This document shows positions 18,570 through 28,236 of a DNA stretch of 59,034 nt, piece after piece. The position numbers and the translations under genes are program-made. The stretch lies in the NCBI GenBank assembly GCA_016926735.1, contig JAFGOA010000079.1, positions 1-59,034 on the forward strand, read 5' to 3'. Numbering within the stretch: the stretch's first letter is position 1; each line of letters begins with the position of its first letter. The notes below the pieces were generated by a model. It had not been told where the DNA came from and made no database searches. It saw nothing but the letters and a program-made list of their open reading frames with translations. The DNA is from Promethearchaeota archaeon (GTDB lineage: Archaea; Asgardarchaeota; Lokiarchaeia; Sigyniarchaeales; SOKP01).

Positions 18570-19787
18570 ATGACTGTAAAAAAATCAATGTTAAAATATA
18601 TTAATATTGTGAATCCAACAAATATAAAGGTTAAAGAAGAGGATATTTTTCTCAGAGATAAATATAAAGAAATCATAAACTATTTAAAATTAATTTTAAC
18701 CGATTCAAAAGATTTGGAAATAAATAGTTATATTGATTTAAAGGGAAATCTCCTAATAAACATTCTCCCAGGTACAGATATATTAGACTATATAAATGTC
18801 ATTTCTTTTAATTTTTGTATAAACCTAATCCAATTAAAAGAATCAACTATAATTGAAAATTCAAGTGAATTTTTTGAAAATTTTTTTGATATATTAGATG
18901 ATCTTGATAATCTTCTTAATGATCAATCAGATGAAGAAAATAGTGAAAATAAGAAGAAAATTCTTCTTATTGACCAAAACCATAAATTGAATGACATTTG
19001 TGGTAATGTAAATCTATTAGATAAATTTTTATATTACTATAGAGATAAAAAAAATTTAAAGAAACTTTTAAAAAACAATATTTTGTTGATCTGGATTAAT
19101 CATGATTATGATGATATTGTAAAAAACTCTGGGGAAATTTACGATGTTTTCGATGTTATGATAAATATTCCTCGAATAAATAAATTAGAACGAAGTCTAA
19201 TTTTAAAGTCATATATGGAAAAAAAGAAAAAAATTACTTTTGATATTGATCTTATAACAGAAATAACTGAAGATTGGGAAGTAAAAGAAATAAAGAAATT
19301 AATAGAGGTTGCAATTTTAAAACATCATTTAAATTCTGAATTAAATAAACAAAGTAATGAAATTACTGAAATCATACAAAAGATAATTGAATCAGGAGAA
19401 TTTATTCCATCTTTTAAAAAGAAAAAATATAACAATCATAAAGAAAATAATAATCGATCTTACAAAAAAAATTCCAATGATAATAACTCAAATAATAAAG
19501 GAAATCATAATAATAAAGATATAAAAGATATAGTTGATAATATTAAATCAGAAAGATATTCTGATTTCATGTTAAATCAACTATATGAAAATGCTGCTTC
19601 AGAAAATTATAATCAATTAGTAATTCTAATTGATAAACTCTTTAAAAATGAACATTTAGGCGAACCTGATAAAAGATTATTATCAAAATATCCTTTTATT
19701 TTAAACGATCCACCGGGAAAAGCGCAAATAAGCTTAGAAAAAGCTAAAAAGAAAATCGATCTTATAAAAAAATCATTTGGAAAATAA
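18570..19787 (+). CDS. Degenerate (probably inactive) AAA+ ATPase-like protein
   Basis: KGNLLINILPGTDILD corresponds to KGxLLxGPPGTGKT; KILLIDQ is Walker B with E>Q; FDVMINIP...ERSLILK...DIDLITEITEDW..KEIKKLI matches the AAA lid. Confidence 0.65.
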   Translation: MTVKKSMLKYINIVNPTNIKVKEEDIFLRDKYKEIINYLKLILTDSKDLEINSYIDLKGNLLINILPGTDILDYINVISFNFCINLIQLKESTIIENSSEFFENFFDILDDLDNLLNDQSDEENSENKKKILLIDQNHKLNDICGNVNLLDKFLYYYRDKKNLKKLLKNNILLIWINHDYDDIVKNSGEIYDVFDVMINIPRINKLERSLILKSYMEKKKKITFDIDLITEITEDWEVKEIKKLIEVAILKHHLNSELNKQSNEITEIIQKIIESGEFIPSFKKKKYNNHKENNNRSYKKNSNDNNSNNKGNHNNKDIKDIVDNIKSERYSDFMLNQLYENAASENYNQLVILIDKLFKNEHLGEPDKRLLSKYPFILNDPPGKAQISLEKAKKKIDLIKKSFGK

Positions 19788-22700
19788 AAAAGGAGGGGAT
19801 TATCGTTTGAATGTTCAATTAGAAGAACAATCTACTGTTAAAAAAAATAAATTTTTAATTAGGGGAAAAGTCCATATTACTAAAGTGATTTTAGAGAATT
19901 TTCTTTCTTTTAAAAGAGATGAAGTTGATTTTGATGATTCAAAATTTATTATTGTATTAGGTCCGAATTGGTCTGGTAAAACTTCAATCTTTCAAGCATT
20001 AAAATTTGTGTTGGGAAGTAATGAACGTGATTTAAGATATCCAAAATGGTCTGATTTTATAAGACATGGACAAGATCATGCTATGGTGCAAGTAACAATT
20101 AAAAATGGAAAGGAACTAATAGAAATTAGGCGTACAGTAGTAAAAGAGCATTCTCCTTATTATTCATTAAAAAAAAAAGGATCGGAAGAATATATTAGAG
20201 TTAAAACAAGTATAATTCAAGAGATATTAACTAACTTGGATTATAATCCAAATAATCATTTTGCTTTCGTTAGTCAAGGTCATATCGATGCTATTAAAGA
20301 TTTAAAACCTGAAGAATTATGTGATTATTTAGAACATGGAATTGGATTAAAAGAATTAAGAGAAGAAATCTTAGAAAAAAAAAAGGATATTCAATCCCTG
20401 AATAATGAATTAACTTCTTTGAAAACACGAAAAAATTCACTTTCTACAAGTATGGATTTACTTAAACCAAAATTGGAAAGATTAAAAAAAAAAAAAAAAT
20501 TAATTAATAAAAAAAAAATTTTTGAGGATGAATTATTACAGGCTAATAGACAAAAACTCCTTTTAGAAATAATAGATCTAACAGAAGAAGTAAAAAAATT
20601 AAATAATCAAATCCATAAAAATAAGCAAGAACAAGAATTAAATTACAAACAAATTCAACATATAAATTTAGAAATAAACAGTATAGAAGATGAAATTAAT
20701 AATCTTTCTAAAGAACTAGGGGAAAATAATTATAAAAGAGATGATATTGCAAATAAAATTAAGAGTTGGCAAAATGAAAAATTAAAAATGAAACAAGAGA
20801 TTGATGAAATTTCTAAGAAGATTAAAAATATTAAAAAACAAATCAAAGACCAGACAAATGACAAAGAAAAAATACAAGAAAATATAAATAATATTAGAAG
20901 CGAAAAGGGGAACGTAGATAAAGAAATTGAGGAACTTTTTAAAGAACAAAAAGAATTGATGAGTAGAATTGATGCAAATAAGCAATTTTTAGAGGAATAT
21001 AATGAATTAACATCAAAAAGTAATAGTTTACAGAAAGAGATAAATGATAATGAAATCATAATCAAAGATTTAGAAAGTCAAATCGATCAATTATTTCAAA
21101 GTTTTAAAGATATTAACAATAAATTAGATATGAATAAATGGTTTTTAGAAAACCCATCTCCAGAATTATTGCGTAAATTTGATTTTAAACTTAAAAAGAT
21201 AACAGGAGAACTCTTTAATTTAGAAGAAAATCTAAAACGGATAGAAATTCAAAGATCCAAAGCATTAAACCAATTTAAGTCATTACAAAGTTCCTTAAAC
21301 CATCAAAAGCTAATCTTACCAACAGAAATTAATATATTGAAAGATGATATTAAAAAACAAGGTCTAAAAGTTATTGGTCCTATAATTAATTATATTCAAT
21401 ATGATGATGAGCTTAGTTATGCAATAGAATCAATTCTAGGTGAGAAACTCCTCTATAGTTTTGTAGCTAACGATTGGGAAACTTTAGATAAGCTCAAAGT
21501 TCTAAAAAATAAATATAATGCTTATTGCAATATTTATGTTCCTAAAAAGGAACCAATAAAACCATTAATGGATTTTGAAGCTCAAGGTGTGATTGGATAT
21601 CTTGCGGATTTGATAAAAACTAAAGAAATGAATATAAAAAAAGTAATCTATTCTAAAGTTACAAATTGTCTTGTTGTGAAAGATTACCAAATAGGTAAGG
21701 AAATTTATAAAAACTATAATTTTAAAGGTAGATGTGTAACTTTAAAAGGAGAACAAATTATTTCTTACAAATATGTATATGAAACACCTTATCTTAAAAA
21801 GTTAAAAGGTTTACTTAGCACTGGTACTCAGAAAGAACAAGTTGATCAATTAGAAAATGATATTGAAAAATATAACAGTTCAATTTTAGAATTAAAAAAT
21901 AAGATTACAAAGTTAGATAAAATTCAAAAAGATCTTTACAATAAAAAAGAGAATTTTAACGATTTATACTATAATTATAACCAAAAAAGAAGAATTACAA
22001 CAAAAAAAAACAATTTATATGTACAAAAAGGAGAAATAGTAAAAGTTAATATTGAATCCTTAGAGAAAATAAACGATTTACAGCTGAAAATAAAAGAATT
22101 AGAAGAGCAACAAGATCCAGATTTCTTCAATTGGAATGAGAGAATTAAACAAATACCTTCACTTTTATCAGACTTGAATGTGAAAAAGAGAGAATGGGAA
22201 GAAAACATAGATGAAAATAAAGAATTACTCAATAATATAAATCAAAATATACTCCAAATTCACAATCAATTAGATATGTGGGAATCTCAACTAGAATCGA
22301 GAAAAGAAGAATTCCAAAATGCTGATAAAAGTGCATTTGAAATATATAAAGAGTTAGAACTTATCGAAAATCACATAAAAGAAATAGAAAATAATATCAA
22401 GGAACAAAAAAAAAAGAGAAATGAATATGTTAAAACAAAGGGTATTCAAGATGAAAAAAGAATCGAATTAGAATTGAAAATAGAGCAGGATAACATTAAC
22501 TTATCACATATTAATGAAGAATTAATTGAAAAAAATCAAGATTTAGAGAGAATTGATTCACAAATAGGTGATCTAACTAAGGAAGCCCTTAAACCAAGGT
22601 CTATTGAAGAAATTCAAGAAGATATTTATGAAGTTGATAAAGAAATTCTTAAATATTATGATGTTGACGACTCAATATTAGTTGAAAAAGACTATCTTGT

Positions 22701-23262
22701 GTCTTCATTAACAAAAATATCAAAAAATCAGGATGATATGGAGAATGATATTAATGCAGCAATAAAAACGGAAGAGAAACTGGAAAAGACATATTATAAT
22801 AAATTTCAAGATGTTTTAAAAGAATTAACAACAAAAATTGACAATAAATTTAAAGACTCGAACATACAAGTGTATTGTGATTTGAATCTGGTAGGCGAAT
22901 TCGAAGAACTTGGAGTAGATATTAAAGCATCTACTTCAAATAAACCCTTACTATCTTGTACTGCTTTAAGTGGAGGCCAAGTATCAATGGTGGCAATAGC
23001 TTTAATTCTTTCACTCCAAGAAATGAATCCCTCTCCTCTCTGTATGTTTGATGAAGCATCAATGTTTTTAGATGATAAAAATTCAGAAATATCATATGAA
23101 TTGATAAAATCTACTCTTAAGAATAATCCAATACAAATGATTATGTTTTTACCTAAATCTTCAAATGCATTATACAGATTAGCAGAAAAATTAATAGGAG
23201 TAGCTAGAGTAGGGGAAGAGGAAATCTCTACTGTTTTTAAACCAAAAGTTATAGATAATTAA
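19777..23262 (+). CDS. smc: SMC ATPase, SMC5/6-related type
   Basis: ENFLSF, GPNWSGKTS, FVSQG Q-loop, long coiled coils, hinge VIGPIINYI...AIESILG, LSGGQ, SPLCMFDEASMFLD. Confidence 0.9.
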   Translation: MENKKGGDYRLNVQLEEQSTVKKNKFLIRGKVHITKVILENFLSFKRDEVDFDDSKFIIVLGPNWSGKTSIFQALKFVLGSNERDLRYPKWSDFIRHGQDHAMVQVTIKNGKELIEIRRTVVKEHSPYYSLKKKGSEEYIRVKTSIIQEILTNLDYNPNNHFAFVSQGHIDAIKDLKPEELCDYLEHGIGLKELREEILEKKKDIQSLNNELTSLKTRKNSLSTSMDLLKPKLERLKKKKKLINKKKIFEDELLQANRQKLLLEIIDLTEEVKKLNNQIHKNKQEQELNYKQIQHINLEINSIEDEINNLSKELGENNYKRDDIANKIKSWQNEKLKMKQEIDEISKKIKNIKKQIKDQTNDKEKIQENINNIRSEKGNVDKEIEELFKEQKELMSRIDANKQFLEEYNELTSKSNSLQKEINDNEIIIKDLESQIDQLFQSFKDINNKLDMNKWFLENPSPELLRKFDFKLKKITGELFNLEENLKRIEIQRSKALNQFKSLQSSLNHQKLILPTEINILKDDIKKQGLKVIGPIINYIQYDDELSYAIESILGEKLLYSFVANDWETLDKLKVLKNKYNAYCNIYVPKKEPIKPLMDFEAQGVIGYLADLIKTKEMNIKKVIYSKVTNCLVVKDYQIGKEIYKNYNFKGRCVTLKGEQIISYKYVYETPYLKKLKGLLSTGTQKEQVDQLENDIEKYNSSILELKNKITKLDKIQKDLYNKKENFNDLYYNYNQKRRITTKKNNLYVQKGEIVKVNIESLEKINDLQLKIKELEEQQDPDFFNWNERIKQIPSLLSDLNVKKREWEENIDENKELLNNINQNILQIHNQLDMWESQLESRKEEFQNADKSAFEIYKELELIENHIKEIENNIKEQKKKRNEYVKTKGIQDEKRIELELKIEQDNINLSHINEELIEKNQDLERIDSQIGDLTKEALKPRSIEEIQEDIYEVDKEILKYYDVDDSILVEKDYLVSSLTKISKNQDDMENDINAAIKTEEKLEKTYYNKFQDVLKELTTKIDNKFKDSNIQVYCDLNLVGEFEELGVDIKASTSNKPLLSCTALSGGQVSMVAIALILSLQEMNPSPLCMFDEASMFLDDKNSEISYELIKSTLKNNPIQMIMFLPKSSNALYRLAEKLIGVARVGEEEISTVFKPKVIDN

Positions 23263-23272
23263 GTATGTTAGT

Positions 23273-23923
23273 ATGATTGAATTTAAAGATTTATCAGATG
23301 AGATTAGAGCAAAAATAAAAGTTATATATGAAGATGTCAAGAATGGTAAAATTTCCTTATTAGATTTAGAATTAGTTCCGATTTTTAATGAATTAAAAAA
23401 TACATTGAATATTTCTAATATCAATAGATACTCCAAGGTATATATAGATGCTTGTGATCTTCTTGATGATAAATTTAAGGAATTTAAGGATTTATTAAAT
23501 TCTATGGAAGATGATAAAAAATTTGAGTTATATATAAAATCCAATCCTGATGATAAAGAAATTATTGAATTATTTAATGAATGTTGGATAAAAATATTTC
23601 AACTTCAATCTCTTTCTTATGATTTTTTAGAACAAAGTTTTACAAAATTAAATCGTGATAGATTACCATCAATAATAATAGAACATCTAAAGAGAGATGA
23701 TGTTAAAGAAAATTTCATCCTTGAATTACCTACTCAAAAATTTACAGATAAAATGAATGAATTTCTTGAAGAAATTAAGAAAAAATTACCATGTAATTTT
23801 AATTCTATTTTTGACAAAATAGAAAATCAGATTGAAATTTATGAAAAATTTGTGTATCTTCTACATCTATTACAAATAAAAGAAGTAAAATATAAGCATG
23901 AAACAGATACCTTATATATATAA
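23273..23923 (+). CDS. scpA: Kleisin (ScpA/Nse4-like)
   Basis: N-terminal VKNGKISLLDLELVPIFNE...ACDLLDDK and C-terminal NFNSIF...IYEKFVYLLHLLQIKEV resemble ScpA N-domain and winged helix; directly after smc. Confidence 0.75.
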   Translation: MIEFKDLSDEIRAKIKVIYEDVKNGKISLLDLELVPIFNELKNTLNISNINRYSKVYIDACDLLDDKFKEFKDLLNSMEDDKKFELYIKSNPDDKEIIELFNECWIKIFQLQSLSYDFLEQSFTKLNRDRLPSIIIEHLKRDDVKENFILELPTQKFTDKMNEFLEEIKKKLPCNFNSIFDKIENQIEIYEKFVYLLHLLQIKEVKYKHETDTLYI

Positions 23924-23934
23924 AGGTGATTTAA

Positions 23935-24477
23935 ATTAATCAATTATCATTTTTAATGTATTATTTAAGTAAAAAGAAAAGTAAATCCCAAATGGGAGCA
24001 ACTAAGGAAGAGATTGTTGAAGCACTTCAAGTAAAAGGAAAAAATGAATCAATTTTTTTTCAAGAACTAGTACACAATTTATCAAGATACATTGAACCAC
24101 TCGGACTTTATATCAGATTTAATCCTTTAGATGATCATTGGTTTATCTCTTATGATGATGAAATGTCCAATTTAGTTGCTGCAAATCCTTTTAAAAGTAA
24201 ACCTAAACTTGCAGCTACATTATTTTGTGTTATTATTTGTACATATTCAAATTCAGGAATTGCTAGAGTAAAAGAAATTATGGAAATAAGAAAGAAAAAA
24301 GATATATTAGAGGATTTGAAAGAATTAGAAGAAGATGGATATATACAAACAGATGAAAAGACAAATGAAGTTCGTTTAACTCCGTTGATAGGCTATCAAT
24401 TAGATTTACAAAAACTATTTACCAAACTTTCTTTAAAGCTAAAGTCAAGTGAAATTAAAACAAAAGATCAGTCTTAA
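23935..24477 (+). CDS. KITE (tandem winged-helix) subunit, ScpB/Nse1/Nse3-like
   Basis: Two WH-like halves (FQELVHNLSRYIEPLGLYIRF; PKLAATLFCVII...DLKELEEDGYI...VRLTP); probable ATT start 23935 behind GGTGA (ORF track ATG 23956). Confidence 0.65.
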   Translation: MNQLSFLMYYLSKKKSKSQMGATKEEIVEALQVKGKNESIFFQELVHNLSRYIEPLGLYIRFNPLDDHWFISYDDEMSNLVAANPFKSKPKLAATLFCVIICTYSNSGIARVKEIMEIRKKKDILEDLKELEEDGYIQTDEKTNEVRLTPLIGYQLDLQKLFTKLSLKLKSSEIKTKDQS

Positions 24478-24587
24478 GATATTATATAAATATAGAATCC
24501 ACTAATCGTTTAACAATTAATCTCTAAAATGAATATTAGAAAAATTTATTATCAAGATTTATTGTTAAAAATTTGAAAAATATAAAA

Positions 24588-25223
24588 TTAGTTTTCAGTA
24601 GTTATTTTTAGAATCATTTCAGCTACGTGATTATTGTATGTCTCAATATCTCCAAATCCCTCTATCTTCTCTCCACAAGTCATAAAATAATCCTTTATTT
24701 CAATTTTTCTTTCATTAAAGAATTTAGAAATTTTGGACTTTATCTCTTCTACTTTTTTTTCACGATCTCCATCTATAAGATCAATTTTATTAACAGCACA
24801 GAAAATTGAATTAGGAAAAAAGCGTATATCATTGAAGAATTCAAATTGTTTTTCAATAGGGCGATCACAAGAAAAAACTGCAACTATTTGGGTTGCTATT
24901 CTACTAATTGTAATAATACCCATTTTAACAACCGCTCGAGAAGAATCTCCTCCTGGTGCAAAAATTGTATGTGCTTTATTTGTAGTATCTTCCCTAAAGA
25001 CAACTCTATTTGGGTGAATTGTTTTTGTTTCTTTTTCATTAAGTTTATTCTGTTTATCTCCTTCAGGTAAAGTAGCTTCACCTGAGAAATCAGTTTTTAT
25101 GACAGTACATTTACGACCACCTTCAACATTTTCAATATCACCCTTATTTAGATATTTTACAAAAAGTCGTAATATTGAGGTTTTCCCAACAGACACATCT
25201 CCCAACAAACCAATATTAACCAT
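24588..25223 (-). CDS. Small Ras-like GTPase with atypical G3 (FAPGG)
   Basis: GDVSVGKTS (G1), TKT (G2 region), NKID (G4), TCG (G5). Confidence 0.8.
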   Translation of the reverse strand: MVNIGLLGDVSVGKTSILRLFVKYLNKGDIENVEGGRKCTVIKTDFSGEATLPEGDKQNKLNEKETKTIHPNRVVFREDTTNKAHTIFAPGGDSSRAVVKMGIITISRIATQIVAVFSCDRPIEKQFEFFNDIRFFPNSIFCAVNKIDLIDGDREKKVEEIKSKISKFFNERKIEIKDYFMTCGEKIEGFGDIETYNNHVAEMILKITTEN

Positions 25224-25269
25224 TAAAGAATCACATCCAATCGTTTTATAAAATTAAATATATATATTA

Positions 25270-26088
25270 TTATAATTCATCTCCGAGGAGTTTTCTTAAA
25301 AGAGTTTCATAATCTTCAATTAAAAATTGTTCAAGATAAGCATTATTATGTGAATGAATTAATGCAACCAGAACTTCTTTTAAATTTTTAGTTTTTTTTG
25401 CATAAGCAATAATATTCTCAGGTGTTGTTTCCTTATCAAATTTAGTTATGGCTTTTTCAAAACCAAAATTCTTCAAAGGAGGCATTGAATTAAAGAATCC
25501 AAATGCTGTATATCCTTCATATTGAAAGAATATAAAAAATCGTGATTTTATAGATTTAATTATATTTGTTAAATATACAGAGGGGTATAATTCACCTAAA
25601 GTAAGTTGATCGTCTTGTTTTATTACAAAGTATGGTGAAATAGGTGAAGATTGTTTTCCAAACATCTCACTAGGAGGGAGTGATATAAAAGGAAGTTTTT
25701 CAGAAATGATTGCCCAGAGATCCTCTCTTTTTTTATCTAATAATATATCTTTTATTTCATCATAAGCAAAATAGAAATCTGATTGTAAGGATAATAAAGA
25801 ACTAAGATATACTGATAAAGAAGCGAAAGTTGCTTCTATAAGAGGTCTTCTACCACTAGAATCAGAAGTTGATGGTTTAACAGCACCTTTCCAACCACGT
25901 AAAGCTGAATAAGCAAATCCTTGAACATCAAAAAAGCCACCAGATAAGAAAATAAACGAGGGAGTCACTCGTTCCTTATCGGTTAAAAATGAATTTGCTT
26001 TAGATATTAAAATTTCTTCTAATTCAGGTGTATTGAACTTTGAATGAACTTTAGGCATTATGAGCCATTTTTTATTCTTATTCGCCAA
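25270..26088 (-). CDS. Hypothetical protein upstream of the GTPase; possible divergent Roadblock-like N-terminal domain
   Basis: 272-aa ORF, GGTG SD; 46 nt from GTPase start; fold call weak. Confidence 0.6.
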   Translation of the reverse strand: MANKNKKWLIMPKVHSKFNTPELEEILISKANSFLTDKERVTPSFIFLSGGFFDVQGFAYSALRGWKGAVKPSTSDSSGRRPLIEATFASLSVYLSSLLSLQSDFYFAYDEIKDILLDKKREDLWAIISEKLPFISLPPSEMFGKQSSPISPYFVIKQDDQLTLGELYPSVYLTNIIKSIKSRFFIFFQYEGYTAFGFFNSMPPLKNFGFEKAITKFDKETTPENIIAYAKKTKNLKEVLVALIHSHNNAYLEQFLIEDYETLLRKLLGDEL

Positions 26089-26178
26089 ATTAATAACACC
26101 CTTTCATAATATATAGATATTAAATATAACAAATTTAATATTTTTTATTCTATACAATATTTTATAAATTAATCCAAA

Positions 26179-26787
26179 TTAAGCTTTTTCTTCAACTAGT
26201 AATTCTTGTATTTTTAAAGTGATTAAATCATAATCATTTATTGAGTTTAAATTATCTATATTAATCTTTTCGATAACGTCTGAATTCTTAAAATATTCAT
26301 ATCTTAAAACTAATTCACTATTTTTTTCCTTTATTTTAATTAATGCTCCTTTTAAAAAGATTTTGATAAATTTTTCTGACATCTCTCTTATATTAAGTTT
26401 TGGAGGATCAATAAATTTTATTTCTAACCTATTCATATCAATTAGATTTAAAACACATATTAATTCACCTTCTTTATCATTTCCCTTAGAGAATATTTTT
26501 CTTTTAATTTTAGTACCTTTTACTTTATCTTGGAGGATATTTTCATTAAAATATTTTTCTTCTTGAGGGATAGTCTGTTCATTTTTAATTTCTGAATAAA
26601 TTTCTTTAGCACTATGGAAAGATTTAGTAGCAATATATTTTGTTAGATAATTTAATATATCTTTTAACTCAGATATTTCAATCTGAAGCTCCTCCAGTTG
26701 TTCTTTTTTCTTGTAATAGAGATTTTGAATTGAAGATAAAATATTAGTTATTGTTTCAATATCACTATTTTTTTCTTTTCTCTGCAT
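26179..26787 (-). CDS. Hypothetical protein with N-terminal coiled coil
   Basis: 202-aa ORF; heptads KKEQLEELQIEISELKDILNYL. Confidence 0.7.
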   Translation of the reverse strand: MQRKEKNSDIETITNILSSIQNLYYKKKEQLEELQIEISELKDILNYLTKYIATKSFHSAKEIYSEIKNEQTIPQEEKYFNENILQDKVKGTKIKRKIFSKGNDKEGELICVLNLIDMNRLEIKFIDPPKLNIREMSEKFIKIFLKGALIKIKEKNSELVLRYEYFKNSDVIEKINIDNLNSINDYDLITLKIQELLVEEKA

Positions 26788-26882
26788 TGTCTTAGTATAT
26801 ATTTTAATAAAAATTAAATTTTATTTATTTATAAAAACAAGATATTACCTAATTAAGTAATTTATAATGGAGATATATAATT

Positions 26883-27749
26883 TTGAATAGAAAAATAATG
26901 ATAATAACATCAAATTCCCAAGATCCAGAGGTTCAAATCTTATCAAATGAATTGAAAAAAAGGAATTTTATAGTCAAATATTTTGTTGCTAAAAGATTTA
27001 TTGCAAATATCTCTAATTTTGAAGAAGAATTTAAAGATTTAAATCCTAAAATAGGATTGGTTAGAGGAATTGGAATTGTACCTTCCCAAAAAATTTTCTT
27101 TAGGCTCGATTTATTAAGTGCTATCGAAAAAATAGGAATTAAACTAATAAATTCAAGAGAATCATTAGAGATCGCAAGTGATAAATTTCTATCTTCTTTA
27201 TATCTAACTTCACATAAAATATCTACTCCAAAAACGATTGTATGTGAAAATAATATTGATGCCTTAAAAGCTTATGAGGATTTAGGGGGAGATATATTAT
27301 TGAAACCTCTATATGGATCAAAAGGGATTGGAATTATCAGAATAAATGATAAAGATTTTGCCGAAAATGTTTTAAATGCACTTGGACAATTAAATGAAGT
27401 ATTTTATTTGCAAAAATATGTTGAACATTATAATAAGGATATTAGGATTTTAGTCATCGATAATCAAGTTATTGCTGGTATGCATCGTATTAGTGATAAT
27501 TGGAAAACGAATATTCATGCAGGAGCAAAAATAAAACCGTTAAGAATAAATGAGGAATTAAAAGAATTAGCAATAAAATCAGCTGAAATTACTAAGACTG
27601 ATATTGCGGGTGTAGATATTATGGAAAGTAATGAAGGATATCAGGTTATTGAGATTAATTCAATTCCAGGATTCACAGCACTTCAAAAAGTGACAAATAT
27701 AAATATATCAAAGGAGATTATTGATTTTGTACTAACTAAAGCAAATTAA
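26883..27749 (+). CDS. RimK/LysX-family ATP-grasp ligase (alpha-L-glutamate ligase, MptN/CofF-like)
   Basis: DKF, PKT, KPLYGSKGIG, YLQKYV, DIRILV, WKTNIHAG, GVDI, EINSIPGF. Confidence 0.88.
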   Translation: MNRKIMIITSNSQDPEVQILSNELKKRNFIVKYFVAKRFIANISNFEEEFKDLNPKIGLVRGIGIVPSQKIFFRLDLLSAIEKIGIKLINSRESLEIASDKFLSSLYLTSHKISTPKTIVCENNIDALKAYEDLGGDILLKPLYGSKGIGIIRINDKDFAENVLNALGQLNEVFYLQKYVEHYNKDIRILVIDNQVIAGMHRISDNWKTNIHAGAKIKPLRINEELKELAIKSAEITKTDIAGVDIMESNEGYQVIEINSIPGFTALQKVTNINISKEIIDFVLTKAN

Positions 27750-27800
27750 CTGTACTGTAATTAGAAAAATAAAAAAAATAAAATAAATTATAACCTAGGT

Positions 27801-28145
27801 TTATAATTCATCTATTATTCCTAATAAAGCAGCGATGATTAATAAAGCACAAGCCCAAATTCCTCCTCCAAAGACAATAAGTAAGATACCAAGAATGAAT
27901 AAAACCAACCAATGAAAAGGTATTGGATCATCCGGTTTCATTCCTGTATAGATTGTGATTATAGAGATACAGATTCCAACAATATAAACAATTACATAAT
28001 TTAATTGATCAACAACACCAGGATAAAGCCCATAATTTCCTTCGATTTGTGCTATACCTATTATGCAAAATGCTAAACCTACTAATCCCCCAATGATAGT
28101 TAAAAATTTCATTAAGGATTCATTGCTATAGTGTTTTCTTGCCAT
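27801..28145 (-). CDS. Small membrane protein (about 4 TM)
   Basis: 114 aa, Gly-rich hydrophobic segments. Confidence 0.7.
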   Translation of the reverse strand: MARKHYSNESLMKFLTIIGGLVGLAFCIIGIAQIEGNYGLYPGVVDQLNYVIVYIVGICISIITIYTGMKPDDPIPFHWLVLFILGILLIVFGGGIWACALLIIAALLGIIDEL

Positions 28146-28236
28146 TTTTATTTCGCTTTTTTTTTTATTTTGTTATTTTAATTAGTAAATTAGAAAGATA
28201 TTTAATGTTTTCCTTTAGAATTTATCATAAGCTATA

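Noticed and set aside
18570-24477. SMC operon as a Wadjet (JetABCD/MksBEFG) or Rad50-Mre11 system
   Set aside because: No TOPRIM nuclease or Mre11 phosphoesterase, globular hinge rather than CxxC zinc hook, and gene order differs from jetABCD.
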